A stretch of DNA of 60,238 bases from Candidatus Nanoarchaeia archaeon (GTDB lineage Archaea; Nanobdellota; Nanobdellia; Woesearchaeales; GW2011-AR9), in assembly GCA_035290865.1 (NCBI GenBank), contig DATDTM010000027.1, positions 1-60,238 of the forward strand, written 5' to 3'. Position 1 is the first letter of the stretch. The number at the start of each line of letters is the position of its first letter. Below the pieces are notes generated by a model. It was not told where the DNA came from, made no database searches, and saw only the letters and a program-made list of their open reading frames with translations. Below are positions 39,374-48,910 of this stretch, one piece after another. The position numbers were made by a program, and so were the translations under genes.

Positions 39374-40354
39374 ATGATACAAATAACTAAAATTAAGCTG
39401 GATAAGACCGATAGGAAGATTCTGGCAGAATTAGATAAAAACTGTCGGGTTCCCACTACCATATTAGCTAAAAAAGTGATGAAGTCAAGGCAGGCAGTAG
39501 AGTACCGCATAAACCAGCTGGTAAACCGAGGAATTATCACCAGCTTTAATGTCTCATTCAATCCCCATAAGATGGGATATAAGATTTACAAGATTTATCT
39601 TAAGCTGAGAAACATACCTGAAGAAAAACAGAAATTATTCGCATATCTCAAATCTTCTGGTATTGTATATTGGATGGGAGAATGCTCCGGCTCCTGGGAT
39701 TTAATTTTGGGTGTTTTTTCTAAAAATGATTATGAATTTTACAAATTAAAAAATGAATTGTTGTCAACTTTCCAAAAAATAATAACCCAAGAGTATGGGG
39801 ATATAATAATAGACGTGAAACAATATCCTAAAATGTATTTCACCAATGAAATTGTTCCGCCGACCATGTTTGCAGGAGAGATTGTCAATAATGAATTAGA
39901 AAAGCTGGATTATGCTATTTTAGGAGAGATGGTGAATAAGGCTAGAATTCCGATCATTGAGCTAGCCAAAAAAGTAAGCTCAACCCCTATTATTGTCCGG
40001 GGAAAATTAAAAAAATTAGAGCAGAAAGGGATTATCATTCAATATAGGGTTGGGATAGATTTAAATAAGTTGGGATTAGAATTGTATAAAGTTATAATTA
40101 AATTAGATAAATATACTAAAGACGACGAATTTAAACTGCTTACTTATTTGTCAAACATTCCTAATATCCATTATTATATCCGAAATATCTGGCAGATAGA
40201 ACCAGAACTAGTGGTAAGCAGTTATCAAGAATATTACGAAATAATTGAAAACTTAAAAAAAGAATTTCCGTATGTCATCAGAACAGTTGATTCGGTATTG
40301 ATGATAACCGATGAATGGACTCCGGGATTTAAGAATTTATTGAAACTAAACTAG
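39374..40354 (+). CDS. Tandem (double) Lrp/AsnC-family regulator
   Basis: Two HTH-plus-RAM repeats (LDKTDRKILAELDKNCR...; LEKLDYAILGEMVNKAR...); divergent from the radical SAM gene. Confidence 0.9.
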   Translation: MIQITKIKLDKTDRKILAELDKNCRVPTTILAKKVMKSRQAVEYRINQLVNRGIITSFNVSFNPHKMGYKIYKIYLKLRNIPEEKQKLFAYLKSSGIVYWMGECSGSWDLILGVFSKNDYEFYKLKNELLSTFQKIITQEYGDIIIDVKQYPKMYFTNEIVPPTMFAGEIVNNELEKLDYAILGEMVNKARIPIIELAKKVSSTPIIVRGKLKKLEQKGIIIQYRVGIDLNKLGLELYKVIIKLDKYTKDDEFKLLTYLSNIPNIHYYIRNIWQIEPELVVSSYQEYYEIIENLKKEFPYVIRTVDSVLMITDEWTPGFKNLLKLN

Positions 40355-40374
40355 TGATCTAAAAAATAGTAAAA

Positions 40375-40830
40375 ATGAAAATCCTGAAAAAGATCTGGTC
40401 CAAACCTTCTCTTAGAGGAGGAATCATCGGAGTAATTATTTGTCTGATACTTTTTTTGTTTAATCTCTTGGTTTATTTTCCTTTGGTAACTAATGATGAA
40501 GGAGTGATCTCTCAGGGGGCTTTAATCTTTCCCTTGGTAACTGGCCAAGCTTTTCCTCTGTTATCCATTTTTATCGTTCCGTACGGACTATTCTGTGAAT
40601 TTACTGAACCGACTTGTGTGCTTTGGTCTGCGGGGTATAGTTATCCGGATTGTATTCCCTGGGAGATGGAAGGAACTCAAGGCTGCTGCCAAGAGCAGGT
40701 GATGCAGCCTACGGCTGCCTGCGATGCTCTTTCTGATAAAATAGGATTTATTGGCTTGACTGTAATTTTATTTTTAGGTTATTTCTTAGTTGGGGCATTG
40801 ATTGGAAAATATGTCTGGAAGAGAAAGTAA
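40375..40830 (+). CDS. Membrane protein with Cys-rich extracellular loop
   Basis: 3 TM; six Cys between TM2 and TM3. Confidence 0.65.
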   Translation: MKILKKIWSKPSLRGGIIGVIICLILFLFNLLVYFPLVTNDEGVISQGALIFPLVTGQAFPLLSIFIVPYGLFCEFTEPTCVLWSAGYSYPDCIPWEMEGTQGCCQEQVMQPTAACDALSDKIGFIGLTVILFLGYFLVGALIGKYVWKRK

Positions 40831-40984
40831 AAATAAGAACCAATTCTTTCTAAACTCGAAACTTTAATTTCTCGTAAACTCGACCTGTGGGTCTCCTAAT
40901 GTTGTTGATACAACATAATCTCAAACAGATTATTTAGCTCGTTGGATATAAAAATATTTAAACTCTATCTCTTTTAGTCAGAAT

Positions 40985-41623
40985 ATGGTAGAAGATGAAC
41001 TAAAGAACCTTCCTCCGGAAGAGAGGATCAAGAGATTGAAAGAATTAGAGAAAAAGAAGAAACAGGAGATAGAGGAAGCGCAGAAGAGAATCAAAGAGAG
41101 TGAAGTAGAATTAACTGCTAGAGATGAATGGATCCGGAGAGTGCCAATTCCCCAGGTAGCCAAAGAGAATCTTAAAGACCTTACTCGGGAAGAGAAAGAG
41201 GTAGTAAAAGCTCATCGGGGCTTGAAAGAAGAGAAAAAAGAAGAAAGTGTAGAAGCAACAGTCAGAAAAAAAGAAGTTGAAGAGGGAAGTCCACTGGAAG
41301 CTTTAGCTGAAGAGCGGGTAGATTTACCCCCAGAACTGCTTAATTCTGAATATGCTCGGCATCTGGGCCAGAAACCAATGCAGGAATTGTATAAAGAGAT
41401 GAAAAGCTTAGCCTCTAACATTGAAGATAAAGGTTATATGAATCGGGATGAGCAGCGCAAAGTAGAATATCTTTTAGCTGGAATGGAACATAAATTAGAA
41501 GATGCGGAAGAGGGTACTTATTCTTTTACAGAAAGAACTGCCAAGAAAGCCAACTTAACCAGAGAAATCGGAGAGAAATTAAGAGGTATGTACCAAGGGA
41601 ATAGGACGGAATATCATACCTAA
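40985..41623 (+). CDS. Charged coiled-coil hypothetical protein
   Basis: LPPEERIKRLKELE N-terminus; Glu/Lys-rich. Confidence 0.7.
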   Translation: MVEDELKNLPPEERIKRLKELEKKKKQEIEEAQKRIKESEVELTARDEWIRRVPIPQVAKENLKDLTREEKEVVKAHRGLKEEKKEESVEATVRKKEVEEGSPLEALAEERVDLPPELLNSEYARHLGQKPMQELYKEMKSLASNIEDKGYMNRDEQRKVEYLLAGMEHKLEDAEEGTYSFTERTAKKANLTREIGEKLRGMYQGNRTEYHT

Positions 41624-41695
41624 AATTTTCTGTGGTTTACGTTCAATGAAGTCTCACGTAAACTATATATACCCCAAAATTATACTTTAAATAAT

Positions 41696-43792
41696 ATGGT
41701 CACTTTCGGCTCAGGGTATTATATGCCTATGGATCGGGAATATGCAAACTCATCTCCCCGGCCAAATAATGAATCTACTAATGATGTAGGAGTAGGTATA
41801 GGAGATATCGGGATGAGTTTAGGTTTAGGTCCGGTTCCTAATGTCCAGGCAATCGCTTCAAAAATCAGGGCAGGAGCGAAAACTACTGAACTAACCTTCA
41901 TGGGAGCAGGAAAAGGTTCTGCTCAAGGTCATACTCCGGAATATTATGGTAAATTGCAAAGGCAGGCTTTATTAGAGATGCAGAAAGCCAACGAATATAA
42001 TTTTACTACTCATGCTACGGTGGGAGTTTATGGCCTAGCAGGAATGGATCAGCAAGGTAATTTTTCTAAACAAAATAAAGAGACGGCCCTTAACGAAATC
42101 CAGAGAGCAATACATTTCGCTGCGGATGTGGCCCAGGGCGGGCCGGTGGTAGTGCATACCGGAGAATTCTATCGACCTTTAGTGGATGCGGATTGGAATG
42201 AGGGAAATAAATTCAAGATGTATGCGGGCGAAGAAGAGCGGGCTTCATTTAGAGTGGTAGATTCCCGTACCGGCGGAGTTATTCAAGAAGCAAGAAAAAA
42301 TAGGAAAGTTGCCCGGCCAATCTGGAACACTGCAGAGCAAGGAATAGAATTTACAGATTTTGACGGCAAGAAAAGGACCGCTAATTCTGAATTTGATGAA
42401 AAGGGAAGATTAATTTATCTTGACCCTTTCGGAAATAGGATCCATGATGAGCATAGGGTTCCTCAGTTCGATTCAGAGAAAGGACAGTTTAAAATCCAGC
42501 AGATGGGTTGGGATGAGTTGGAAAAAGAATCCAAACAGATGACCCTGAGAGCGAAAGAAGTCTGGAAAGATTGGAAAGCTGGGAAACTGTCTGAGGATGA
42601 ATTTCAAAAATCGTATTGGGTCAGATTTAAAGAAGCTAATTCTGAAGATGAAATTAAGATCAAACCAGAAGAAGCTTATATTATCTCTACTCTAGAAACT
42701 AACGCAGCCAACAGCCGGGGCTGGGCTTATTATTATGGTGCAGATTTCGATGAGCGGGTAGATAATATCAAGAAACTTAGAAAAGCTCAAGATTTCTATC
42801 AGAAGATTGAAGAAGCGACTGATGAGGAAGAAAAATGGCGCTTAAAGAGAGATGCAGGAAGACAGTTTGGAGATCTCGTTCCTCCGGAATCGAAATTTCC
42901 TACGGAAATTATTAAAAGATTATTACGGGCAGAGGAAGCGCACCTGAAACAGAACCAGGAAGGTTCAGCTTCACAATGGGCTCAGGCTGCAGAAGCTGAG
43001 GAAACTATCCGCCATGTAGAATCAGCAGAACATTATGCTCTGAAAGAGGCTTTTGATGCCTATGCCCGGGCCGGGATTTCTGCGATGGAGCAAAGCAAAC
43101 GCTTAGAAAAAGAAGGCAAATTGAAAAAGCCAGTGGCAGTGGCCATGGAAAATCTCTTTCCGGAAAGTTTCGGTTCTCATCCTGATGAATTAATTACCTT
43201 GGTTGAAGGCGGCAGGAAAAAAATGGCAGATTTTTTAGTGCAGAGAGGAATGTCAAATTCTGAAGCGGAAAAGAAAGCTAAAGATCATATCACTGCTACT
43301 TTTGATACTGGACATCTGAACATGTGGCGGAAATATTGGCAGGGAGATCCCAGCAAAGGTATTGAAGAAAATGATACTAATTTTAATAAGTGGATGCTGG
43401 GTAAAGTTGAAGAATTAGCTCAACGTGGAGTAGTCAGCCATCTGCATCTAGTGGATAATTATGGCTATCAGGATGATCATCTTGCACCTGGACAGGGAAA
43501 TACTCCAGTAAAAGAGATTGTTGAGATTTTTAAGAAGCATGGATATAAAGGGGAGATGATCGTAGAACCAGGAGCAGATTATAGCACGGATGTAAGCGGC
43601 TTCCATAGCGTGATGAAGACCTGGGGCATGTTCGGCAGTTCTGTTTATGGTAGTCCGGGAGCTGCGCCGAGAAAAGGCTGGGGAGAAGTCCAATACGGTT
43701 TCTTCGGTCAGAACGAGCCGCCTTACTTTACTTTCGCTCCTTATTCACCATCAGAAGAATGGACTTTATGGAGCGGAGTGCCGTTGGAATAG
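41696..43792 (+). CDS. Xylose-isomerase/AP-endonuclease-2-like TIM barrel with a large internal insertion
   Basis: THAT, VVHTGE, AMENL, FDTGH, HLHLVDN...DDHLAPGQG, MIVEPG metal-site motifs; about 330-aa insert between HTGE and ENL. Confidence 0.75.
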   Translation: MVTFGSGYYMPMDREYANSSPRPNNESTNDVGVGIGDIGMSLGLGPVPNVQAIASKIRAGAKTTELTFMGAGKGSAQGHTPEYYGKLQRQALLEMQKANEYNFTTHATVGVYGLAGMDQQGNFSKQNKETALNEIQRAIHFAADVAQGGPVVVHTGEFYRPLVDADWNEGNKFKMYAGEEERASFRVVDSRTGGVIQEARKNRKVARPIWNTAEQGIEFTDFDGKKRTANSEFDEKGRLIYLDPFGNRIHDEHRVPQFDSEKGQFKIQQMGWDELEKESKQMTLRAKEVWKDWKAGKLSEDEFQKSYWVRFKEANSEDEIKIKPEEAYIISTLETNAANSRGWAYYYGADFDERVDNIKKLRKAQDFYQKIEEATDEEEKWRLKRDAGRQFGDLVPPESKFPTEIIKRLLRAEEAHLKQNQEGSASQWAQAAEAEETIRHVESAEHYALKEAFDAYARAGISAMEQSKRLEKEGKLKKPVAVAMENLFPESFGSHPDELITLVEGGRKKMADFLVQRGMSNSEAEKKAKDHITATFDTGHLNMWRKYWQGDPSKGIEENDTNFNKWMLGKVEELAQRGVVSHLHLVDNYGYQDDHLAPGQGNTPVKEIVEIFKKHGYKGEMIVEPGADYSTDVSGFHSVMKTWGMFGSSVYGSPGAAPRKGWGEVQYGFFGQNEPPYFTFAPYSPSEEWTLWSGVPLE

Positions 43793-43861
43793 GTATTTTT
43801 AAGTAATTATTTTGGTGTTATGATGAGAGCAAGAAGTTAAAGAGAGTTAAACTTAAATCAT

Positions 43862-43884
43862 AAAAAAACCCCGCCTGAGCGGGG
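43862..43884 (-). terminator. Hairpin plus T7 run (intrinsic-terminator-like) on the minus strand
   Basis: CCCCGC-CTGA-GCGGGG 6-bp GC stem adjacent to A7 on +; no minus-strand gene ends here. Confidence 0.35.
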
Positions 43885-44141
43885 AAAGAAGGTCGGTTTT
43901 TATCGATACTAATGTATTATTTAAGAGGTGTTTTGAGGGAACTAAGCAAATATGCTTAATTCTAGATTTCAAAAGATGAGGCTTTATAAATCGTTTATGC
44001 AGCGAATATAAAGAAAGCAAATAAAGAAAGTAAAAGCAGAAGAAAAATACATAAAGCTTTTAAACGGATGGGCCATTTTGCTACTTAAGAGTAAAACGGA
44101 GAGTTTCCGTAAGTTTTACTAAAATAGGTGGATTTTAAACT

Positions 44142-44849
44142 ATGTACCAACTTTTTTTCACACCAGAATGGTTTAGGGGATTTGATTTAATATTTGATGT
44201 TATAGGCTTAGTTATAGCTTTAATGGTGGCTGCTTATAGCTGGCGGATGTATAAGATGAGCGATGAAAACAAGTTCGCTTATTTCTCTTTTGCTTTTGTC
44301 TTATTAGCCCTAGGACTGACCGTAAAAGCTTTTACCCACGGGGTATTATATTTTACCCCTTTAAGAGATTCAGTGATGGAAGTATTAAAGCCAACTTTAG
44401 GGGTCAAACTGAAATTTTCAGACTTATATTATCGAGCAGCTTTTTTCATCCAGATGATTTCCATGCTGGGCGGCTGGCTCTTGATCTATTTTATCTCCCA
44501 GAAATCCAGGTCGAGATTGACTAAATATTATGAAGTGAGCCAGATGGCCTTGTTTGTTTACCTGATCTTACTGATTTCCATCGTAGCTAATTTTAAGTAT
44601 TTTGTCTTTTATTTGACTACTGCAGTTATCCTGGGAATGACGGTACTTAATTATTATAAAAATTATTTAAATACGGATGGAAACAAGAATGCGTATAAAG
44701 TAATGTTAAGTTTCCTCTTTATCCTTATCGGCAACTTTTTCCTGATTTTTGTCTATCTCTTTGATAGCTTTTATGTCTTCGGAGAGGTATTCATGCTGGT
44801 AGGATTTTTATTGTTGCTGTCTGCTTACAGCAAAGTCCAGAAAAAGTAG
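44142..44849 (+). CDS. 7-TM membrane protein (putative sensor)
   Basis: Seven hydrophobic helices by eye, no cytoplasmic output domain; operon with a wHTH gene. Confidence 0.7.
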   Translation: MYQLFFTPEWFRGFDLIFDVIGLVIALMVAAYSWRMYKMSDENKFAYFSFAFVLLALGLTVKAFTHGVLYFTPLRDSVMEVLKPTLGVKLKFSDLYYRAAFFIQMISMLGGWLLIYFISQKSRSRLTKYYEVSQMALFVYLILLISIVANFKYFVFYLTTAVILGMTVLNYYKNYLNTDGNKNAYKVMLSFLFILIGNFFLIFVYLFDSFYVFGEVFMLVGFLLLLSAYSKVQKK

Positions 44850-44875
44850 ATGTGGATAGATGAAAAACAATTAAA

Positions 44876-45169
44876 ATGAGCAATAAAAGAAGATCCCGAT
44901 TGGAATTGGTCTATGACATACTTCTATCTATTCAAAATAAGGGTGGAAAGATCAAGCCCACCCATTTAATGTATAAATCTAATCTTTCCCATAAACTACT
45001 CAACGCTTATTTAGATGAATTATTGGGTAAAGAGTTAGTCCAGATCGAGGAAGTTTACCATAAGAAAAGGAAGACTAATTCTAAAATTATTGCCCTTACA
45101 GATAAAGGTTCGGGATTCCTGGCAGAATTCAGAAGGATGAGAGAGTTTACGGATGCCTTTGGGTTGTAA
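44876..45169 (+). CDS. Winged-helix transcriptional regulator (archaeal HTH_45-like)
   Basis: RRSRLELVYDILLSI...KPTHLMYKSNLS...LTDKG. Confidence 0.85.
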   Translation: MSNKRRSRLELVYDILLSIQNKGGKIKPTHLMYKSNLSHKLLNAYLDELLGKELVQIEEVYHKKRKTNSKIIALTDKGSGFLAEFRRMREFTDAFGL

Positions 45170-45185
45170 TAATGGTTAATTAAAA

Positions 45186-45470
45186 ATGAAATCAATTATT
45201 CATGGCGGACTGGAAGGGCGGGTCGGATTAACTGATTCACATCTACCTAAAAAAGTTCATTTAGGTGATAAGGTACAGATTTCTGGACCAGATAATAGTG
45301 CTACCGGTTATGTGAGCAGCATAGATGATAAAACAATTGGCTTAACTACAGCGAACCCATTTTGCCCTCCACCTGGTTGGGCTTATAATGGTCTTGTTCC
45401 TCCGCTTACAACTAGGTACCGCTTAGTTGAGTTTACAGAGTGTAGCATTCTAGAGAAAAAGAGAGATTAG
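45186..45470 (+). CDS. Hypothetical protein (SH3/Sm-like small beta fold possible)
   Basis: LGDKVQISG...TGYVSSIDDKTIGL. Confidence 0.5.
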   Translation: MKSIIHGGLEGRVGLTDSHLPKKVHLGDKVQISGPDNSATGYVSSIDDKTIGLTTANPFCPPPGWAYNGLVPPLTTRYRLVEFTECSILEKKRD

Positions 45471-45587
45471 TTAGTAAATCTAAAATCTAGAATTAACAGA
45501 TTTCAATGATAGTCTAATTGGTGAATCTAAAGCTTATTCTTAACAAGTTTTTAATATAATCATTCTTTTTAGAGTATATCGTTATTT

Positions 45588-46307
45588 TTGGAGATAAGAA
45601 CGGTGAAGAATAAAGTAAAAGCAGCTGCTGCAGGAAAAGAGATTGCTGGAAGAGTAATCGTGGGCGTGGACGAGGCAGGTCGCGGTCCAGTTCTCGGTCC
45701 TTTAGTGATGGTAGCTTTAGCGGTAAAAGAAGAAAACATCAAGAAATTAGAATGGATGGGAGTAAAAGACAGCAAACTGCTTAGCTCTTCAGTGCGGGAA
45801 GAATTATTTGAACAGATTCGAGCAGTAGTAGAGGATTTTCGGGTAGAGATGATCGAGCCAGATGCGATTGACCTCTCTTTAACCGAATCTAACCTCAATT
45901 GGCTGGAAGCAGAGACTTCTGCGCGAATGGTTTCGGAACTGGATCCAGATAAAATCATTATCGACTGTCCCAGCCCGAATATTCCTGCCTATAAGAGTTA
46001 CTTCTCTAAAAGATTAAGCGAGGCAGTGGTTAAGAAAGCAGAATTAGTGGTGGAACATAAAGCGGACTTGAATTATATTGTAGTGGGGGCTGCTTCAGTA
46101 ATTGCCAAAGTCATTCGGGATAGGGCAGTTAATCATTTAATCTCTGAGATCGGAATTGATTTCGGTTCCGGTTATATGAGCGATCCGAAGACCCAAGAAT
46201 TTCTTGAAAAGTATCATGATAAATTTCCGCATCTGTTCAGAAAGAAATGGCAGTCTTATAAGAATGCGGAAGTGAAGAAGATGCAGAAGAGCCTGGGAGA
46301 GTTTTAA
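45588..46307 (+). CDS. rnhB: Ribonuclease HII
   Basis: GVDEAGRGPVLGP, GVKDSKLL, HKAD...VGAASVIAKVIRD, GSGYMSD. Confidence 0.95.
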   Translation: MEIRTVKNKVKAAAAGKEIAGRVIVGVDEAGRGPVLGPLVMVALAVKEENIKKLEWMGVKDSKLLSSSVREELFEQIRAVVEDFRVEMIEPDAIDLSLTESNLNWLEAETSARMVSELDPDKIIIDCPSPNIPAYKSYFSKRLSEAVVKKAELVVEHKADLNYIVVGAASVIAKVIRDRAVNHLISEIGIDFGSGYMSDPKTQEFLEKYHDKFPHLFRKKWQSYKNAEVKKMQKSLGEF

Positions 46308-46405
46308 ATGAGAAAATTTAACCTATTGTTTGGTGTTTGATAACATTTTTAAATGGACGATCTTTTTTAAAGTTTGGTTTGAGGCGATGGGGGGAGGAAA
46401 GAAAA

Positions 46406-46774
46406 ATGGCTGAAGAAAAGTATGACGCAAAACGACTGGATTTTGTTTATAATCAGTTAGTTCTGGGGGGATTTAGCGGAGATCAAGATTGGTCAGTACC
46501 AGCTGTGCTAATATATGCTCCCGGACCAGGCGTGTTGGTTGAAACAGATCCTCATACAGAGGTTTTATTTGGTCCGCCCGAAAGTAGGTCAGCTGCTTCT
46601 ATTGGCGAGGCAGCACAGAAAAGATATGATGCTCTGGTTACCGAACTATCTTCAAGAGGGATTGAACCAAAATCAGTTGAAGTAACCCAAGAATTTGTGG
46701 ATTGGGGAAGAGCGCTTCAAAGGGTACAAAATCCCAGCAAATCTTTAGTTGATTTTTTAGAACCAAAAAGATAA
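46406..46774 (+). CDS. Hypothetical protein
   Basis: Likely start ATG 46406 after GGAGG; no motif. Confidence 0.55.
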   Translation: MAEEKYDAKRLDFVYNQLVLGGFSGDQDWSVPAVLIYAPGPGVLVETDPHTEVLFGPPESRSAASIGEAAQKRYDALVTELSSRGIEPKSVEVTQEFVDWGRALQRVQNPSKSLVDFLEPKR

Positions 46775-46861
46775 TTTTAACTTTTATCTTTTCTATACCT
46801 CTTTTTTAATAGTTAGTCCCACCGTAATATTTATATATCACTTGTACTTTTTATATTACAG

Positions 46862-47398
46862 ATGTTACATAATTATAACAAATGGAAAGTGCTTCAGGTT
46901 TTTTTTGATGAGCCTTTAGCGGAAGGGGGGCATCAATTAAGAGAAATCAGCCGAAAAGTTAAGCTAGCCCCACTTTCAGTGAAGAATTATCTATTGGAAT
47001 TGAAATCTGAAGAACTGGTTCTAGAGAAAAAAAGCCGGGTCCAAAGCCATCCCACTTATTGGGCAAATAGAGAGAGTGAGTTATTCTTATTATATAAAAA
47101 GACCAATACAATCTTAAAGATAAAAGAGAGCGGGTTGTTAGATTATCTGTATGATTCCTGTTTACCTACGGCGATTATTTTGTTTGGTTCAGCAGCACGG
47201 GGTGAAGATACCGAACAGAGCGATATTGATTTATTTTTACAAGCCAGCCAAACTAAGTTAAATCTAACTAAGTATGAGAAAATCCTAAAACGAGAGATTA
47301 ACCTCTTTTTCGAAGAAAACTTTTTAAAATTGAGTAAAGAGCTAAAGAATAATCTCTTAAATGGGATGATATTAAAAGGATACCTAAAAGTGTTTTAA
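46862..47398 (+). CDS. HTH-fused minimal nucleotidyltransferase (MNT)
   Basis: N-terminal HTH (QLREISRKVKLAPLSVKNYL); LFGSAARGEDTEQSDIDL fits GSX10DXD. Confidence 0.88.
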   Translation: MLHNYNKWKVLQVFFDEPLAEGGHQLREISRKVKLAPLSVKNYLLELKSEELVLEKKSRVQSHPTYWANRESELFLLYKKTNTILKIKESGLLDYLYDSCLPTAIILFGSAARGEDTEQSDIDLFLQASQTKLNLTKYEKILKREINLFFEENFLKLSKELKNNLLNGMILKGYLKVF

Positions 47399-47400
47399 AA

Positions 47401-47799
47401 ATGGATTTGATTAAAATAACTCCAGACAAAGAGAAAGCAAAGAATATTCTACAAATGGTGCTATTGATTGAAGAACGAATCAAAATACAGGACCGGGAAA
47501 AAATGGCTGCTCTGATTATAGTTGATTATTACGAAATCATCAAAGAGTTAATTACCGCCATTCTTTTAGCCGATGGTTATAAGACTCTCAGCCATAAAGA
47601 TTTAGTTACTTATTTAGAAGAAAAATTCTCGGACTTTCTGGCAGAAGAAATATACTTAATTGACCAGTTAAGAATATTAAGAAATAGGGTAGCTTACGAA
47701 GGCTTTTTGGTAAATTCTATTTATTTAAAAAAGAACGAAAATCAATTTAGAGAAATAATTAATAAACTGAGACGAATAGTTAAGGATAAAGTGAATTAA
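47401..47799 (+). CDS. HEPN domain protein (RX4Y variant)
   Basis: DYYEIIKE...SHKDL...LRILRNRVAYEG; directly downstream of an MNT. Confidence 0.75.
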   Translation: MDLIKITPDKEKAKNILQMVLLIEERIKIQDREKMAALIIVDYYEIIKELITAILLADGYKTLSHKDLVTYLEEKFSDFLAEEIYLIDQLRILRNRVAYEGFLVNSIYLKKNENQFREIINKLRRIVKDKVN

Positions 47800-47800
47800 A

Positions 47801-48604
47801 ATGACAGTTTTCACCAAGGTCAAAAAAGAGGATTTGCTGCATCTTAAAGACTTTATAGAATTAGGGCCAAAGACGATTTATGAAGAATTGCGCTTGCAGC
47901 AGAAAGAAGTTACTCTTATTCTTTATACTTCCGAGAAATTATTGCTCCAGGGAAAGAAAGAAGCGGTAGATAAGATCGCCGAGCAATTGGAAAAGAAAGG
48001 AATTGGTGAGAGAGTAGAAGAAGAGACTTTTAGGAAAGAAACGGGCACGATAATCGGCAGTGATGAAGCCTTGAAAGGAGATACTTTTGGCGGAATGGTG
48101 ATTGCGGCAGTGAAAGCGGATGATGCTTTACGCCAGAAATTGATCGAGATGGGAGTAGCTGACAGCAAAACTTTAAGTGATAAAGAGATTATGTTTATGG
48201 CCGAGAAGATTAAGAAAATTGCTCAGTGCGAGATTAAAAGCCTTTTGCCGGAAGAGTTTAACCATGAAGATAAAGTTACTGAGATGCTTAATAAATATCA
48301 TGCTCAAGTTGCAGAATATCTTAAACCGGGCAAGCATGTTGTGGATAAGTATCCTGGATGCATAGTGGGAGATATTGCGGAAGAGAAAGCAGAATCTAAA
48401 TATGTAGAAGTTGCGGCAGCTTCAGTTTTAGCCAGGGCTACTGCCCTGAAACAATTAGATTTTCTAAGTAGTCAGGCCGGTTTTACCTTGCCTAAAGGAA
48501 GTACGCATGTGAAAGATGCTTTGTTGAAGTTAAAAGAGAAAGGATTAGATGCTAAAAAGTTTGTAAAGTTAAATTTTAGGAATGTCCAGGAAATTCTAGG
48601 ATAA
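47801..48604 (+). CDS. rnhC: Ribonuclease HIII
   Basis: N-terminal TBP-like segment (VTLILYTSEKLLLQGK), IGSDEALKGDTFGG, GVADSK, KAES...VAAASVLAR, LPKGS. Confidence 0.85.
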   Translation: MTVFTKVKKEDLLHLKDFIELGPKTIYEELRLQQKEVTLILYTSEKLLLQGKKEAVDKIAEQLEKKGIGERVEEETFRKETGTIIGSDEALKGDTFGGMVIAAVKADDALRQKLIEMGVADSKTLSDKEIMFMAEKIKKIAQCEIKSLLPEEFNHEDKVTEMLNKYHAQVAEYLKPGKHVVDKYPGCIVGDIAEEKAESKYVEVAAASVLARATALKQLDFLSSQAGFTLPKGSTHVKDALLKLKEKGLDAKKFVKLNFRNVQEILG

Positions 48605-48637
48605 GATTTATAAGAAAGGTCTTAAGTAGCAGAAATC

Positions 48638-48880
48638 ATGTTTGCCCCTTCAGATGAATCAGCACAGAGATATTATTCAGTCCTGCCTTCGGAAAGGGAT
48701 GAGCGGGGCTATCAATTTGTTGTTCCGGTCTCTTTATCAGGAGGACTAACTGATATTTTCACTGGGCGGAAGAGGACTTTGGTTGAAGTTCTTCCAACTC
48801 CTCTGAGAGGTAAATTATATCTTCATTTTCATAATCCGATGAATTATTTAGATGAACTGCAACAAAACCTTTATAAATAA
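48638..48880 (+). CDS. Hypothetical protein
   Basis: 80-aa ORF in operon orientation. Confidence 0.45.
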   Translation: MFAPSDESAQRYYSVLPSERDERGYQFVVPVSLSGGLTDIFTGRKRTLVEVLPTPLRGKLYLHFHNPMNYLDELQQNLYK

Positions 48881-48910
48881 CTCCTCTTACTGAGAATTAG
48901 CTTAATTAAG

